A DNA stretch of 64,000 nt from an uncultured Gammaproteobacteria bacterium (GCA_964504365.1 CAZDDW010000001.1:68293-132292); one strand, 5' to 3'; counted from the stretch's first letter, positions 1-10,870 are shown. The notes: generated from the sequence alone by a model not told the origin. A program made the numbers and translations.

Positions 1-4
1 AATT

Positions 5-367
5 ATGGATGAGCGCCGAAAGCTGGGAAACAGAGGAGAGGATCTGGCTGCTCGGTTTTTGAAGAAGGTTGGTTATAAAATTTTAGCGCGACAGCATCGA
101 ACAAAATTTGGAGAAATAGATCTCGTGGCCCGTGATGGTCGCGAGATTGTTTTTGTGGAAGTGAAAACGCGACAGACGTTGGAGTTTGGTCATCCAGAAG
201 AGGCAGTGCATTCAATTAAACTAGCTCACATGGCTGCGGCTGGTGAAGCGTATCTTTCTGAGAAGCGACAAGAGGGTGCAGCACATCGTTACGACGTGGT
301 CGCCATCACCTGGCCAGAAGGTCAGGATCCAGAGATTGTGCACCTAAAAGCGGTCGGTCATAGATAG
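5..367 (+). CDS. yraN: YraN family (UPF0102) putative endonuclease
   Basis: G.RGEDLAA.FL...GY.IL, GEIDLVA, VFVEVKTR and RYDVVAI motifs. Confidence 0.9.
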   Translation: MDERRKLGNRGEDLAARFLKKVGYKILARQHRTKFGEIDLVARDGREIVFVEVKTRQTLEFGHPEEAVHSIKLAHMAAAGEAYLSEKRQEGAAHRYDVVAITWPEGQDPEIVHLKAVGHR

Positions 368-396
368 TTGACATATTTAGGTTGTTTTGTTAACAT
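368..396 (+). promoter_or_regulatory. sigma70-type promoter for nusA
   Basis: TTGACA (368-373), 17-bp spacer, TG-n-TAACAT (391-396). Confidence 0.65.
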
Positions 397-409
397 GTGG
401 CTACTGGAA

Positions 410-435
410 CCTGTCGGAAACGACAGGCCTTTTTA
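410..435 (+). terminator. Hairpin plus weak U-tract in nusA 5' leader (possible attenuator)
   Basis: CCTGTCG-GAAA-CGACAGG followed by CCTTTTTA. Confidence 0.55.
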
Positions 436-447
436 CTAAAATACCCA

Positions 448-517
448 GGTTTTCCGGTTGTCTAGTTAACTAGTTTCCTAGAAACTAGAGAACCAGATAA
501 CTAGAAAACCAGATAAC
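448..517. repeat. Inverted array of octamer repeats (AACYAGAN), copy 1
   Basis: aactagag-aaccagat-aactagaa-aaccagat preceded by complementary units. Confidence 0.75.
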
Positions 518-521
518 TTTT

Positions 522-1940
522 ATGGCATCACCAATAGAACAAGCAATACGCCAGATTTGCGAGGAAAAAGGTTTGGCTTATGAAGCTGTGATCGAGACAA
601 TCGAGTCAGCACTAGCCGCGGCCTATCGCAAAGACTTTGGCGAAAAGAATCAAAACATTGAAGCTGAGTTTGACCCGGAAACTGCGGCAACTCGGATTTT
701 TGATGTAAAGACCGTGGTCGAAGATATCGATCTAGAGGTCCTTGAAAAAGCAGAGACTGAGCGACAGGAAAAAGCTGAGGAGCGGATCGCTGAGATCGAG
801 CGTCTTAAAGAGGCTGGTGAAGAAATTCCACCAGAGCTTGAGGAGCCGCTCGAAGATGATGGTCCTACTTTTAATCCAAAAACTGAAATCATGATCACTG
901 AGGCCAAGGCCATTGATTCAGACATTGAACTGGAACAGGTGCTGCGTCAGGAGCTGGAGTTGGCTGGTGAGTTTGGTCGCATGGCTGCCATGACTGCTAA
1001 ACAGGTGATTACTCAGAAGTTGCGCGAGGCTGAGCGCGAAGTGCTTTACAGTGAGTTTAAAGAGCTTGAAGGCGAGGTGCTTACCGGAACTGTTCAGCGA
1101 CGTGAAGGCCGTGTTGTATTGGTTGATCTTGGTCGTACCACTGGTGTGATCCGTCCTGAAGACCAGATTCAGTTTGAGCGTTATAACTCTGGTGATAAAT
1201 TGAAATTCTATGTGCGCCAAGTTTCTTTGACTACTAAGGGTCCTGAGATTCTCTTGTCACGAACAGACGAAGAGTTGGTTCGCCGAATGTTTGAACTAGA
1301 GATTCCTGAGGTTGCTGATGCAGCTGTTGAAATCAAAACTATTGCTCGCGAGGCTGGATCACGATCTAAGATCTCTGTGTCTACTGAAGACGAGAATATT
1401 GATCCAATTGGTGCCTGTATTGGTCAGCGCGGAACTCGTATCCAAACTATTATTGCTGAACTTGGTGGTGAAAAGATTGATATTATTGAATGGAGTGATG
1501 ATATTGAAGAATATATTGCCAATGCTTTGTCACCTGCCAAGATTTTGAATATCGAACTGAACGAGGAGGAGAAGTCAGCTGTCGCTTCTGTTGCTGAAGA
1601 TCAGCTTTCACTGGCCATTGGAAAGAGTGGGCAGAATGTGCGTTTAGCTGCTCGTTTAGTAGGTTGGCGCATTAATGTTGCTGAGGATGGTAAGGAGGGT
1701 GTTGTCGAAGCTGAAGATACTGAAACTGAAGCCGAGTCTGAAGAGGCTGAGAAAGAGGACCAAGTTGAGCCAGTTCCAGAAGCGGTTGAAGGTGAAGACG
1801 TTTCAACCGAAGAGATTGCTGAAGCAGAGGAAGAAGAGCAGGAGGCTAAGGATGATAAAGATGAGAATGATCCATACGCTGAAGGAGTAGAAGAAGGTGC
1901 TGAAAAGGAGCCAAGCGAGGAAACAACTAAGGAGGAATAA
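522..1940 (+). CDS. nusA: Transcription termination/antitermination factor NusA with acidic C-terminal tail
   Basis: FGRMAAMTAKQVITQKLREAER, AREAGSRSKI, DPIGACIGQRGTRI, QLSLAIGKSGQNVRLAARL. Confidence 0.97.
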   Translation: MASPIEQAIRQICEEKGLAYEAVIETIESALAAAYRKDFGEKNQNIEAEFDPETAATRIFDVKTVVEDIDLEVLEKAETERQEKAEERIAEIERLKEAGEEIPPELEEPLEDDGPTFNPKTEIMITEAKAIDSDIELEQVLRQELELAGEFGRMAAMTAKQVITQKLREAEREVLYSEFKELEGEVLTGTVQRREGRVVLVDLGRTTGVIRPEDQIQFERYNSGDKLKFYVRQVSLTTKGPEILLSRTDEELVRRMFELEIPEVADAAVEIKTIAREAGSRSKISVSTEDENIDPIGACIGQRGTRIQTIIAELGGEKIDIIEWSDDIEEYIANALSPAKILNIELNEEEKSAVASVAEDQLSLAIGKSGQNVRLAARLVGWRINVAEDGKEGVVEAEDTETEAESEEAEKEDQVEPVPEAVEGEDVSTEEIAEAEEEEQEAKDDKDENDPYAEGVEEGAEKEPSEETTKEE

Positions 1941-1943
1941 ACT

Positions 1944-2684
1944 ATGATTGAATTATTTAATACGATTTTGGCCGAACCGCTTTATAACTTGCTGGTCGGC
2001 ATCTACGCCATTGTTCCTGGTCAAGACATCGGTGTTGCAATTATTGTTTTGACTATTATCATCAAGGCAATTCTTTGGCCATTACAAGGGAAGTCACTTC
2101 GTTCACAGCGAGCTTTGCAAGAGCTGCAGCCAAAGATCAATCAGTTGAAGAAAGAATACAAGGATGACAAAGAGGGTCTGGCTAAGGCAATGATGGAAAT
2201 GTATTCTAAAGAAAAAGTTAATCCGCTTTCTTCTTGTTTGCCACTATTAGTTCAACTGCCGATCATTATCGCATTGTACCGAGTACTGTTGCGTGGACTA
2301 AATGGTGAGGGTAATTATTACAACCTGTACTCGTTTGTCCCTGATCCAGGTACGATTATTCCAACTTTCATGGGGATTGTTGATCTGTCCACTCCGAACT
2401 TGATCTTGGCAATTCTCGCGGGTATCTTCCAGTTCATCCAAGCCAAGATGATGATCATTAATAAACCTCCAAAGCAGGTGCAAGGGCAGGAAGGTTCAAA
2501 GGACGAAGCCATGATGGCCTCAATGAACAAGTCCATGCTTTACTTTATGCCAGTGATTACAGTTGTTATCGGTGCCTCACTGCCAGGTGGTTTGACCCTG
2601 TATTGGTTAGTTGTTAACATTGTTGCCGTGATTCAGCAGTTGGTTTATCTGCGTCCTAAGAAAAAAGAAGAAAGCGTTGCATGA
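1944..2684 (+). CDS. yidC: YidC/Oxa1 membrane protein insertase (short, monoderm type)
   Basis: LQPKINQLKKEY, VNPLSSCLPLLVQLPI, GLTLYW. Confidence 0.93.
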   Translation: MIELFNTILAEPLYNLLVGIYAIVPGQDIGVAIIVLTIIIKAILWPLQGKSLRSQRALQELQPKINQLKKEYKDDKEGLAKAMMEMYSKEKVNPLSSCLPLLVQLPIIIALYRVLLRGLNGEGNYYNLYSFVPDPGTIIPTFMGIVDLSTPNLILAILAGIFQFIQAKMMIINKPPKQVQGQEGSKDEAMMASMNKSMLYFMPVITVVIGASLPGGLTLYWLVVNIVAVIQQLVYLRPKKKEESVA

Positions 2685-3583
2685 ATTTAGAACAGGCAAT
2701 TTACAAAACCGTTGCCTACTTCTCATTATTTGATTATCCATTAACCACTTTCGAAATTTGGAAGTGGTTATTTGGTTATGGTGAAAAAGTTTCTTTGGTT
2801 GATTTGCGACGAGAGCTGGCCTCGAATAAGTTTTTGACTGAACGGCTTGATTCACACAATGGTTTTTGGTCGTTGGCTGGCAAGGATATTCCGGTCTTGG
2901 TTCGAACACGTCACGAACGTTTTCTGGATGCGGTGCGCAAGTATAAGCGCTTGCGTCGGGCCACTTGGTATTTGTCGCGCATTCCTTCAGTTCGTGGAGT
3001 TGCTGCCTGTAATACCTTGGCCTGGAATCATACTAAGGCCAGCAGCGATATTGATATTTTTATTATCGTCCGTGAGGGAAGTGTTTGGACTACTCGCTTG
3101 TTGGCTGTTGCCCCATTTAAAATTTTGAAAATGCGTCCAGGCGTGGCTAAGCGCGATCCGCTTTGTTTTACTTTCTTTTTGTCAGACACCAATCTTGATC
3201 TCTCTGTGCTTCGACTTGAAAACAGTGACCCATATTTAACTTACTGGAGCCGATCGATTGTCCCAGTGTTTGATCGCGATGGGGTGTTTGCTGAATTTCA
3301 TCAAGCCAATGGATGGCTTGAACAAGATCTGAGCAATTGTTATCAGCGAGCAATGCACAAAGGTCGTAGCTGTCCAGCCTTTGGTCGTGCCTGCCGCTCA
3401 CCAAGCCTTGTTGAACGGACTTGTGAGAAAATTCAACGTCGCAAGTTTCCGGAGGTGATTCAAAATATGGCTAATCGTGATTCTCGTGTTGTTGTTTCAG
3501 ACGCCATGTTAAAGTTTCATGATAACGATCGTAGAGCAGAATATCGAGATAAGCTAGAAGCCCTAATGATCAATGATCGATAA
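2681..3583 (+). CDS. Nucleotidyltransferase-like (Pol beta fold) conserved protein
   Basis: SSDIDIFII motif after a helix-like N-terminus; ATGA overlap with yidC. Confidence 0.6.
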   Translation: MNLEQAIYKTVAYFSLFDYPLTTFEIWKWLFGYGEKVSLVDLRRELASNKFLTERLDSHNGFWSLAGKDIPVLVRTRHERFLDAVRKYKRLRRATWYLSRIPSVRGVAACNTLAWNHTKASSDIDIFIIVREGSVWTTRLLAVAPFKILKMRPGVAKRDPLCFTFFLSDTNLDLSVLRLENSDPYLTYWSRSIVPVFDRDGVFAEFHQANGWLEQDLSNCYQRAMHKGRSCPAFGRACRSPSLVERTCEKIQRRKFPEVIQNMANRDSRVVVSDAMLKFHDNDRRAEYRDKLEALMINDR

Positions 3584-3674
3584 TCAATGATCAAGATAAT
3601 AACCAATGATCGAATTTTTGAACATTGGTTTTTTGGTCTTTATCTCGATCATTGGAATTTGGTCATTGGTCATT
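3565..3674. repeat. Inverted array of heptamer repeats (AATGATC / GGTCATT)
   Basis: aatgatc-aatgatc...aatgatc arm and gatcatt...ggtcatt-ggtcatt arm; partial copy near 9545-9575. Confidence 0.7.
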
Positions 3675-3695
3675 ACGTGATAGAATATTAATACT

Positions 3696-4961
3696 ATGCG
3701 TGCTCGACTAATAAATTTTCTAGTTTACCTGACAGTCTTTCTTCTTCCTTGGCAAACGCGTTGGATTTTTGGGCAAGAGTTTTTGCAAGGTGATTTTTTC
3801 GAGTATGGCGTGCTTAGTATTTTTGCTACTGAGATTTTAGTTGTCTTGGTTGCTGTTTTGCGCCCGCGAATTGTTTCGCATCCAAAGTTTGATTGGCCAC
3901 TGATTTTTGGTGGTCTGTTTTTATTAATTTCTTTGGTCTCAGTACTTTTGGCAGCAAATCCGACCTTGGCTGTGATGGCATGGCTGCACGTACTGGTTGC
4001 TTTCTTTTTCTTTCATAATCTTTTGGACAAGCGAATCAAGATTCAAAAAGTTCTTTATGCTTTTGTTCTTGGGTTAATCATTCCGTCTTTTCTTGGCCTA
4101 TGGCAGTTCTTCACAGGCACCAGTCCTGAGTTGTCTTGGCTTGGTCTGGCTGGGCACGATGCTTTAGTTGCTGGCACTTCCGTTGTCGAAACCATGAGCG
4201 ATAGGCTAATGCGTGCTTACGGATCATTTCAGCATCCGAATTTGTTTGGTGGATATCTAGCCTTTGGTATGGTTTGTTTAATGATGCTACCGCGATGGTA
4301 TCGTAAGCTACGTGATCGACGTTTACTAATGTTGATCTCGATTCTTTTGGCCACTGCTTTCATTTTGACTTTTTCACGATCGGCTTGGCTGGCATTCTTT
4401 GTGGCCATGTTTATTGGTGGTTGGGTGTTGTTGTGGGAACATCGTGTGGCAGTGAAAAAGGCCATGCCGTATTTGACCGTGACTCTGCTAGCAATCGTGA
4501 TTTCTTTACTCGTCTTCTGGGAACCAGTGGCTGCTCGTTTCCACCCGTCCTTCCGACTTGAGGCTCAGTCGATCGCAGAGCGACAGGCTGGATACGAACT
4601 ATATCTGCCAACCATTCAGAACGATCTTTGGTTTGGGGTTGGTATTGGTAACTACACTGTCGAACTTGCTGCAAACCATCTCGGATCTCCGGCTTGGGCT
4701 TACCAGCCAATCCATAACACGATTCTGTTGATTCTTGGTGAGATTGGTATTATTGGTTTGATCTTTTTTATTGCCTGGGTTGCCTCGATTGATCGATTAA
4801 ATTTCAAAGCCTTGCCGCGAGCCACCGCCATCGGCGCGTTAACACTTGGCAACGTTGTCCTGATCATCGCTCTGTTCGATCATTATCTATTCACTCTCTG
4901 GCCCGGCCTAGCCCTAGCCGCTTTGATGTTCGCTTTGACCCTAAGATTGTCAGAACCTTAA
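3696..4961 (+). CDS. O-antigen ligase (Wzy_C) family membrane protein
   Basis: RAYGSFQHPNLFGGYL, LTFSRSAW, GVGIGNY, PIHN...EIGIIG; many TM segments. Confidence 0.88.
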   Translation: MRARLINFLVYLTVFLLPWQTRWIFGQEFLQGDFFEYGVLSIFATEILVVLVAVLRPRIVSHPKFDWPLIFGGLFLLISLVSVLLAANPTLAVMAWLHVLVAFFFFHNLLDKRIKIQKVLYAFVLGLIIPSFLGLWQFFTGTSPELSWLGLAGHDALVAGTSVVETMSDRLMRAYGSFQHPNLFGGYLAFGMVCLMMLPRWYRKLRDRRLLMLISILLATAFILTFSRSAWLAFFVAMFIGGWVLLWEHRVAVKKAMPYLTVTLLAIVISLLVFWEPVAARFHPSFRLEAQSIAERQAGYELYLPTIQNDLWFGVGIGNYTVELAANHLGSPAWAYQPIHNTILLILGEIGIIGLIFFIAWVASIDRLNFKALPRATAIGALTLGNVVLIIALFDHYLFTLWPGLALAALMFALTLRLSEP

Positions 4962-4980
4962 TCTGAAGTTCAGAATTAAA

Positions 4981-5019
4981 TAAAAAAGACCCGGAACGTG
5001 AAGTGTTCCGGGTTTTGGT
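4981..5019. terminator. Bidirectional intrinsic terminator between convergent genes
   Basis: A-run, GACCCGGAAC...GTTCCGGGTT stem, T-run. Confidence 0.7.
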
Positions 5020-5439
5020 TTAGGCAACCAGCTTGATTGCCTGGAAGTGGTCAAAGCCGATCATCTCTTCGGTTAGGGACGAAAGTTCCTTGACCTCGAT
5101 CTCGGCCGCATCGCTTCCTGCCTGGCAATCAGCGATCGCCTCATGAGTAGGGAAGTCGATGTGGTAGACCAGGGAGACGTGGCGGCCAGGACGCGGGTCT
5201 CGGTCCTGGGCATCGAGCACGGTCAGCAGCTTGAGCTGATCAGCTCGGATCTGCAGCCCGACCTCTTCTTCGATCTCACGGACGCAAGCGTCGACAAAGC
5301 TTTCACCATCTTCGACATGCCCGCCAGGCAGAACCAAGCGATCCTGGAACGGAGCCTTGGCTCGCTTGATCAAGAGCACGTCACGGCCAGCAATAGTGAT
5401 CAGGGCATCAACAGTCAGTACGATTTGTTCGCTTCTCAT
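5020..5439 (-). CDS. NUDIX hydrolase (ADP-ribose pyrophosphatase-like)
   Basis: Nudix box GGHVEDGESFVDACVREIEEEVG, RDPR, GSDAA; start moved to ATG 5439 with AGGAG RBS. Confidence 0.85.
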   Translation of the reverse strand: MRSEQIVLTVDALITIAGRDVLLIKRAKAPFQDRLVLPGGHVEDGESFVDACVREIEEEVGLQIRADQLKLLTVLDAQDRDPRPGRHVSLVYHIDFPTHEAIADCQAGSDAAEIEVKELSSLTEEMIGFDHFQAIKLVA

Positions 5440-5449
5440 TTCATTCTCC

Positions 5450-5719
5450 TTAACGGTCGCAACTTCCGTGTTCTCGCTCTCGGATCGAGCTGTAGTCCGG
5501 CCCGTCGTAGTCGATGTCTGTCTGCACGCCACACTCGGCGCAGCGGAAGGTGACGTAGACATCGTGCCCGCCGCCGTAGTCGTAGTTGTGAGTCTTGTAA
5601 AGATCACCTTGTTCAACCAGGAGCACAGCACCACAGCCACCGCCCCCATTACCCTTACCAGAGCAAGTGAATTCCTTTGCCCAACCGCGCTGCGGGCGAC
5701 CCTTTTTGATGACCTGCAT
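5450..5719 (-). CDS. Small Zn-ribbon-like hypothetical protein
   Basis: C-x9-C ... CAEC; AGGAG RBS before ATG 5719. Confidence 0.7.
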   Translation of the reverse strand: MQVIKKGRPQRGWAKEFTCSGKGNGGGGCGAVLLVEQGDLYKTHNYDYGGGHDVYVTFRCAECGVQTDIDYDGPDYSSIREREHGSCDR

Positions 5720-5886
5720 GGCTATCTCCTTGGTGGTTGTAAGGTTCGTTTGTCGGTTCGATCGGTACTGATCTCCCTGACACAAGCATCATGCCATTAC
5801 TAGAAAAATAACGATATCAAATTTCGTAGTAAAATTGACGATATCGATGAATAGTGCTAATCTTAGAAAAGAAATATAAAAAAAGT

Positions 5887-5906
5887 ACTACGAAAAGTAT
5901 CGTAGT
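5887..5906. promoter_or_regulatory. Inverted repeat, candidate operator
   Basis: ACTACGA-N6-TCGTAGT downstream of promoter TTGACG(5835)-17-TAATCT(5858). Confidence 0.45.
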
Positions 5907-5919
5907 TAAGCTAGATTTT

Positions 5920-6687
5920 ATGGCTACCAAATTACAGCAACAAGAAATTACAGAAGTTTTGACTCGTTTGGGTTTGAATCAAAAAGACCAGGAAGTTTAT
6001 CTGGCTCTGCTTAAATCAGGTCCAGTTACAGTTACTCCGCTAGCAAATGCAATTAATTGTCCAGTAACTACAGCACAATCCGTACTCAATCGTTTGGTTG
6101 ATCGCGGCGTGATTAAAGTTGGTAAACAGAAATCACGACATGTGTTTGAGGCCCATGATCCCGTGGTCTTCCGTCGTTTACTAGAGCGTCAGGTTCAGGA
6201 TGTAGCCAGTGTTATCCCTTTGTTACAAAAAATGCAAACCGGCTCTTCGGTCACGCCAAAGATACGTATCTTCTATCGAGAGCGCATGACAGATATTTTT
6301 CACCAAGCTCTGAAGTGCAAGAGCAAGCTGGTTTACGAGATTGTAGCTGCTCGTGACTTTCAAGATATTATTGGTGAGCGCTTTCACTTCACCCGTCGTC
6401 GAGTCAAAGATGATGTTCGATTAAAAAGCCTGCGTGTTCAAAAACGGGAGATAAAAAAGTATTCCAAGCAATCGCACTTACGTGAATTGCGTGAGGCAAA
6501 GTTTCTTCCACCAGAATTGAATTTTCGTTGCTCAATTATGTTCTGGGATGATACGATCGCTTTTTTCACTACCAAGGAAGAGGGTCTGGCCTGGACTGTG
6601 CAGAGCAAGACCTTGAGAAAAACCATGGAACAGATTTTCGATCTACTCTGGAGCGTCAGCCGGAAAATGGAAACAAAGCAGGAGTGA
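5920..6687 (+). CDS. TrmB-family wHTH transcriptional regulator
   Basis: LTRLGLNQKDQEVYLALLKSG...L.RLVDRG.I HTH plus effector domain ending F..LW. Confidence 0.85.
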   Translation: MATKLQQQEITEVLTRLGLNQKDQEVYLALLKSGPVTVTPLANAINCPVTTAQSVLNRLVDRGVIKVGKQKSRHVFEAHDPVVFRRLLERQVQDVASVIPLLQKMQTGSSVTPKIRIFYRERMTDIFHQALKCKSKLVYEIVAARDFQDIIGERFHFTRRRVKDDVRLKSLRVQKREIKKYSKQSHLRELREAKFLPPELNFRCSIMFWDDTIAFFTTKEEGLAWTVQSKTLRKTMEQIFDLLWSVSRKMETKQE

Positions 6688-6773
6688 GTCCTGTTTGATG
6701 GTTGACATAAGCATAGAATCTGGTCTAAGGTAAGCCCACGCTCTGATAGTGGGGTGGTTCAAAGGACGACAAG

Positions 6774-7376
6774 ATGAGTAAAACTAGTGTTGGTGTTGGA
6801 GAAGCTGCTGTTCAGTTCAGGGATGGACTCAGGAGTGTGACGGCCTACGTCGAACAACGCCTGACCAGCACAGGAGAAACGGAAATACCTCCAGCTGAGA
6901 GTTTCATGGCGCTTTTCTTCACGATGGGCGAGCATGTGTTGAGCCAGGATATGACAGTAGACCTGGTCGCAGCCAAAGCAGCCTACCTACATGCTGCTCT
7001 TGGCAATGTGCCCGACCTGGACGAGACCCACATCGATGAGCATCTCGGAGAAGGTGTGGGCGCCATTTTCCACGCTATCCCCGAAATCGACTTCGGTGAA
7101 GACTTTGGCCAGTATGTGCTACGGTTGTCAGCGCTGGATAGGCCCGCGCTCTGGGCCGCGGCCTGTTGCAACCTGGCCGCCCTGAAAACGATCCTGCAGC
7201 AGATGAGTGAGCAAGGGGCTCTGGCGGTCCTGACCGAGCTGGGGACCGACCTTGGCCACTTCCTTGGTTTTCTTGGTTCGTACAATGGCGTGCTTCAGAG
7301 TCATCTGTGGGACAACACCATCTGCGAAGCGACCGACGAAGTCAGCCAGCAGATCCGAGCTCTCGTGCTTCCGTAG
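6774..7376 (+). CDS. Hypothetical protein resembling a degenerate HD (SpoT/Mesh1-like) domain
   Basis: AAYLHAALGN...HIDEHLGEGVGAIF parallels AALLHDxxED...I...FG..VA.LV. Confidence 0.5.
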   Translation: MSKTSVGVGEAAVQFRDGLRSVTAYVEQRLTSTGETEIPPAESFMALFFTMGEHVLSQDMTVDLVAAKAAYLHAALGNVPDLDETHIDEHLGEGVGAIFHAIPEIDFGEDFGQYVLRLSALDRPALWAAACCNLAALKTILQQMSEQGALAVLTELGTDLGHFLGFLGSYNGVLQSHLWDNTICEATDEVSQQIRALVLP

Positions 7377-7405
7377 CACCTCTCAACAACCAGAACTAGA
7401 CCACG

Positions 7406-7430
7406 CCGTTCAACTCCGAACGGCTTTTTC
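7406..7430 (+). terminator. Intrinsic terminator
   Basis: GCCGTTC...GAACGGC followed by TTTTT. Confidence 0.65.
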
Positions 7431-7466
7431 TTGACAAAAATAAGCTCATCAGGCAATATTATGTTC

Positions 7467-7493
7467 TTAGCAAGCGCTTCTTAAGAGTGCTAA
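7467..7493. promoter_or_regulatory. CIRCE-like HrcA operator
   Basis: TTAGCAAGC-N9-GAGTGCTAA versus consensus TTAGCACTC-N9-GAGTGCTAA; lies downstream of TTGACA (7431) and upstream of groES. Confidence 0.85.
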
Positions 7494-7508
7494 ATATAAG
7501 CTCAAAAT

Positions 7509-7796
7509 ATGATTAAACCATTAAACGATTACATCATTCTTAAACACCTTTCAAAGGAAGAGGTGACTGAGTCTGGGATTATTTTGCCAGACACCGTAGA
7601 TAAGGAGCGGCCTGAACAAGGTGAGGTTGTGGCTGTTGGTCCGGGTAAGATGCTGGAAAACGGTCAGCGCGTTGCCATGGAGGTTGCTGTTGGCAACAAG
7701 GTTATGTTTAAGAAATATGCTCCAGACGAGATCAAGATCGACAAGGTCGAGTACTTGGTAATTCGCATGGATGATGTTGTGGGGATAATAGAATAA
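7509..7796 (+). CDS. groES: Co-chaperonin GroES
   Basis: IKPLNDYI, TESGIILPDT, GEVVAVGPG. Confidence 0.97.
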   Translation: MIKPLNDYIILKHLSKEEVTESGIILPDTVDKERPEQGEVVAVGPGKMLENGQRVAMEVAVGNKVMFKKYAPDEIKIDKVEYLVIRMDDVVGIIE

Positions 7797-7798
7797 AA

Positions 7799-9514
<1,716 letters not shown>

Positions 9515-9517
9515 AAC

Positions 9518-9543
9518 AAAAAAACGGCCACGGCCGTTTTTTT
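9518..9543. terminator. Intrinsic terminator after groEL
   Basis: AAAAAAACGGCC-AC-GGCCGTTTTTTT. Confidence 0.8.
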
Positions 9544-9627
9544 GAATGATCAAGTTCCAATAATCAATGTTCAAGTACTCAAGAAAATGCTATAATTACC
9601 CTGTTAAACATAAATTAAACATAAAAT

Positions 9628-9975
9628 ATGACTGAAACAAGCACAGCTCCTGACTCAAAGGACATTGAGGACAATAAGGTTATTGCTGCTATTGGCTACC
9701 TTTGGATCCTTTGTCTGATTCCTTTGCTAGCTAAAAAGGATTCCAAGTTTGCTCAGCACCATGGAAAGCAGGGATTGGTTTTGACAGTGGTTTCGATCAT
9801 CATGTGGGTGGTTGGATTCATTCTAGCCTTTATTCCAATCATTGGTTGGTTAATCCTATTTGTGGTTTGGATTGCGATAATCGTTTTGGCAGTAATGGGA
9901 ATCATTAAGGCTTTGAATGGTGAGTATTGGGAAATGCCAATCCTCGGCGAGTACGCGAAGAAGATTAAGTTGTAG
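9628..9975 (+). CDS. DUF4870-like small membrane protein
   Basis: AAIGYLWILCLIP, FAQHHGKQG, GEYWEMPILG. Confidence 0.8.
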   Translation: MTETSTAPDSKDIEDNKVIAAIGYLWILCLIPLLAKKDSKFAQHHGKQGLVLTVVSIIMWVVGFILAFIPIIGWLILFVVWIAIIVLAVMGIIKALNGEYWEMPILGEYAKKIKL

Positions 9976-9987
9976 AAAGTAGTTGAA

Positions 9988-10012
9988 GTAAGGGCACTCC
10001 TTGTGGGTGCCC
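9988..10012. repeat. REP-like palindrome (GTAGGGGC family)
   Basis: GTAAGGGCACTCCTTGTGGGTGCCC, similar to elements at 26901-26969. Confidence 0.55.
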
Positions 10013-10082
10013 TTTTGAATTTGAAAAAGAAAAAACCACATCTTGCGATGCGGCGCCGCGTTGCGACTTGTCCAGTAGTGGA

Positions 10083-10571
10083 CTAGAAGTTGAGATGGAC
10101 CAGGTAGTCCTTGCGGTCCCCGGACAGTCCGTAGGTAGTCAAGTTGCTGATCAGGTTGTTGACGGCGGGACGAACGGCACTGCCAGCGCCCCAGATTCCG
10201 GGCACATCCCTGATCCGTGCCTTGAATCCCGGACCATGTTCGACCACCTCGATCACCAGCTTGCCGTCGAGTCGTTCGGCGTTGCGCAGTTTGATCTCGG
10301 TCCGGATCGCGTCAGGGATGTCCAGGGTGAGTATTTCCGGGTACTCGAGGCTGAGGAAGTACCCTACGGTGGCGCCGAACTCGGCCCCTTCGTAGGTGAA
10401 GATCAGAAAGCGCGGCCCACCGTTGTGGAACGGATTGTCGGCCAGCCTCAGCTCGTACTGCCCCGGCGGAATCGGAACATGCTCGCCCGGGTCGTCTTCG
10501 TCGTTGCGATCGGCCCGCGGGAACCCCAGTTCCGTGCGCAAGGTCATGGTCATTCGTTCACTGTCACTCAT
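10083..10571 (-). CDS. Hypothetical protein, paralog A (N-terminal IPxGxYEL domain plus HicB-like C-terminus)
   Basis: GGAG RBS before ATG 10571; similar to 11341-11832; FKARIRDVPGIWGAG resembles HicB-like fold. Confidence 0.65.
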   Translation of the reverse strand: MSDSERMTMTLRTELGFPRADRNDEDDPGEHVPIPPGQYELRLADNPFHNGGPRFLIFTYEGAEFGATVGYFLSLEYPEILTLDIPDAIRTEIKLRNAERLDGKLVIEVVEHGPGFKARIRDVPGIWGAGSAVRPAVNNLISNLTTYGLSGDRKDYLVHLNF

Positions 10572-10573
10572 CG

Positions 10574-10870
10574 TCATCTCCACATGTAGATCATGGTCAG
10601 GATGGCAGAAGTTGGGATGGCTGAAAGGATCATTCCCCACATCTGCCATCGGTCTTTGTGCTTGTATCCGTTGGCAGCGTAGATCGTCTGTATGAACAGG
10701 AACATCCACCAGGTGATCGGTTCCATGCTGGACACGTCGTGTTCGAACAATGTCTTCTTGGCCTGAGCAGCAATACCGCCAGCGTTGAGAACGCCAGCAG
10801 TGGCCACGGCCGTGACGAACAGCCAGCTAAGGGCACGCCTCAACCAGTGTTTTTTGGGTTCGGAACCCAT
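10574..10870 (-). CDS. SemiSWEET/PQ-loop-like 3-TM protein
   Basis: AQAKKTLFEHDVSSM motif, three hydrophobic segments, GGAG RBS. Confidence 0.6.
   Translation of the reverse strand: MGSEPKKHWLRRALSWLFVTAVATAGVLNAGGIAAQAKKTLFEHDVSSMEPITWWMFLFIQTIYAANGYKHKDRWQMWGMILSAIPTSAILTMIYMWR

Noticed and set aside
5440-5649. Thr-rich N-terminal extension of the NUDIX ORF
   Set aside because: Overlaps the upstream Zn-ribbon gene in another frame; a good RBS precedes ATG 5439
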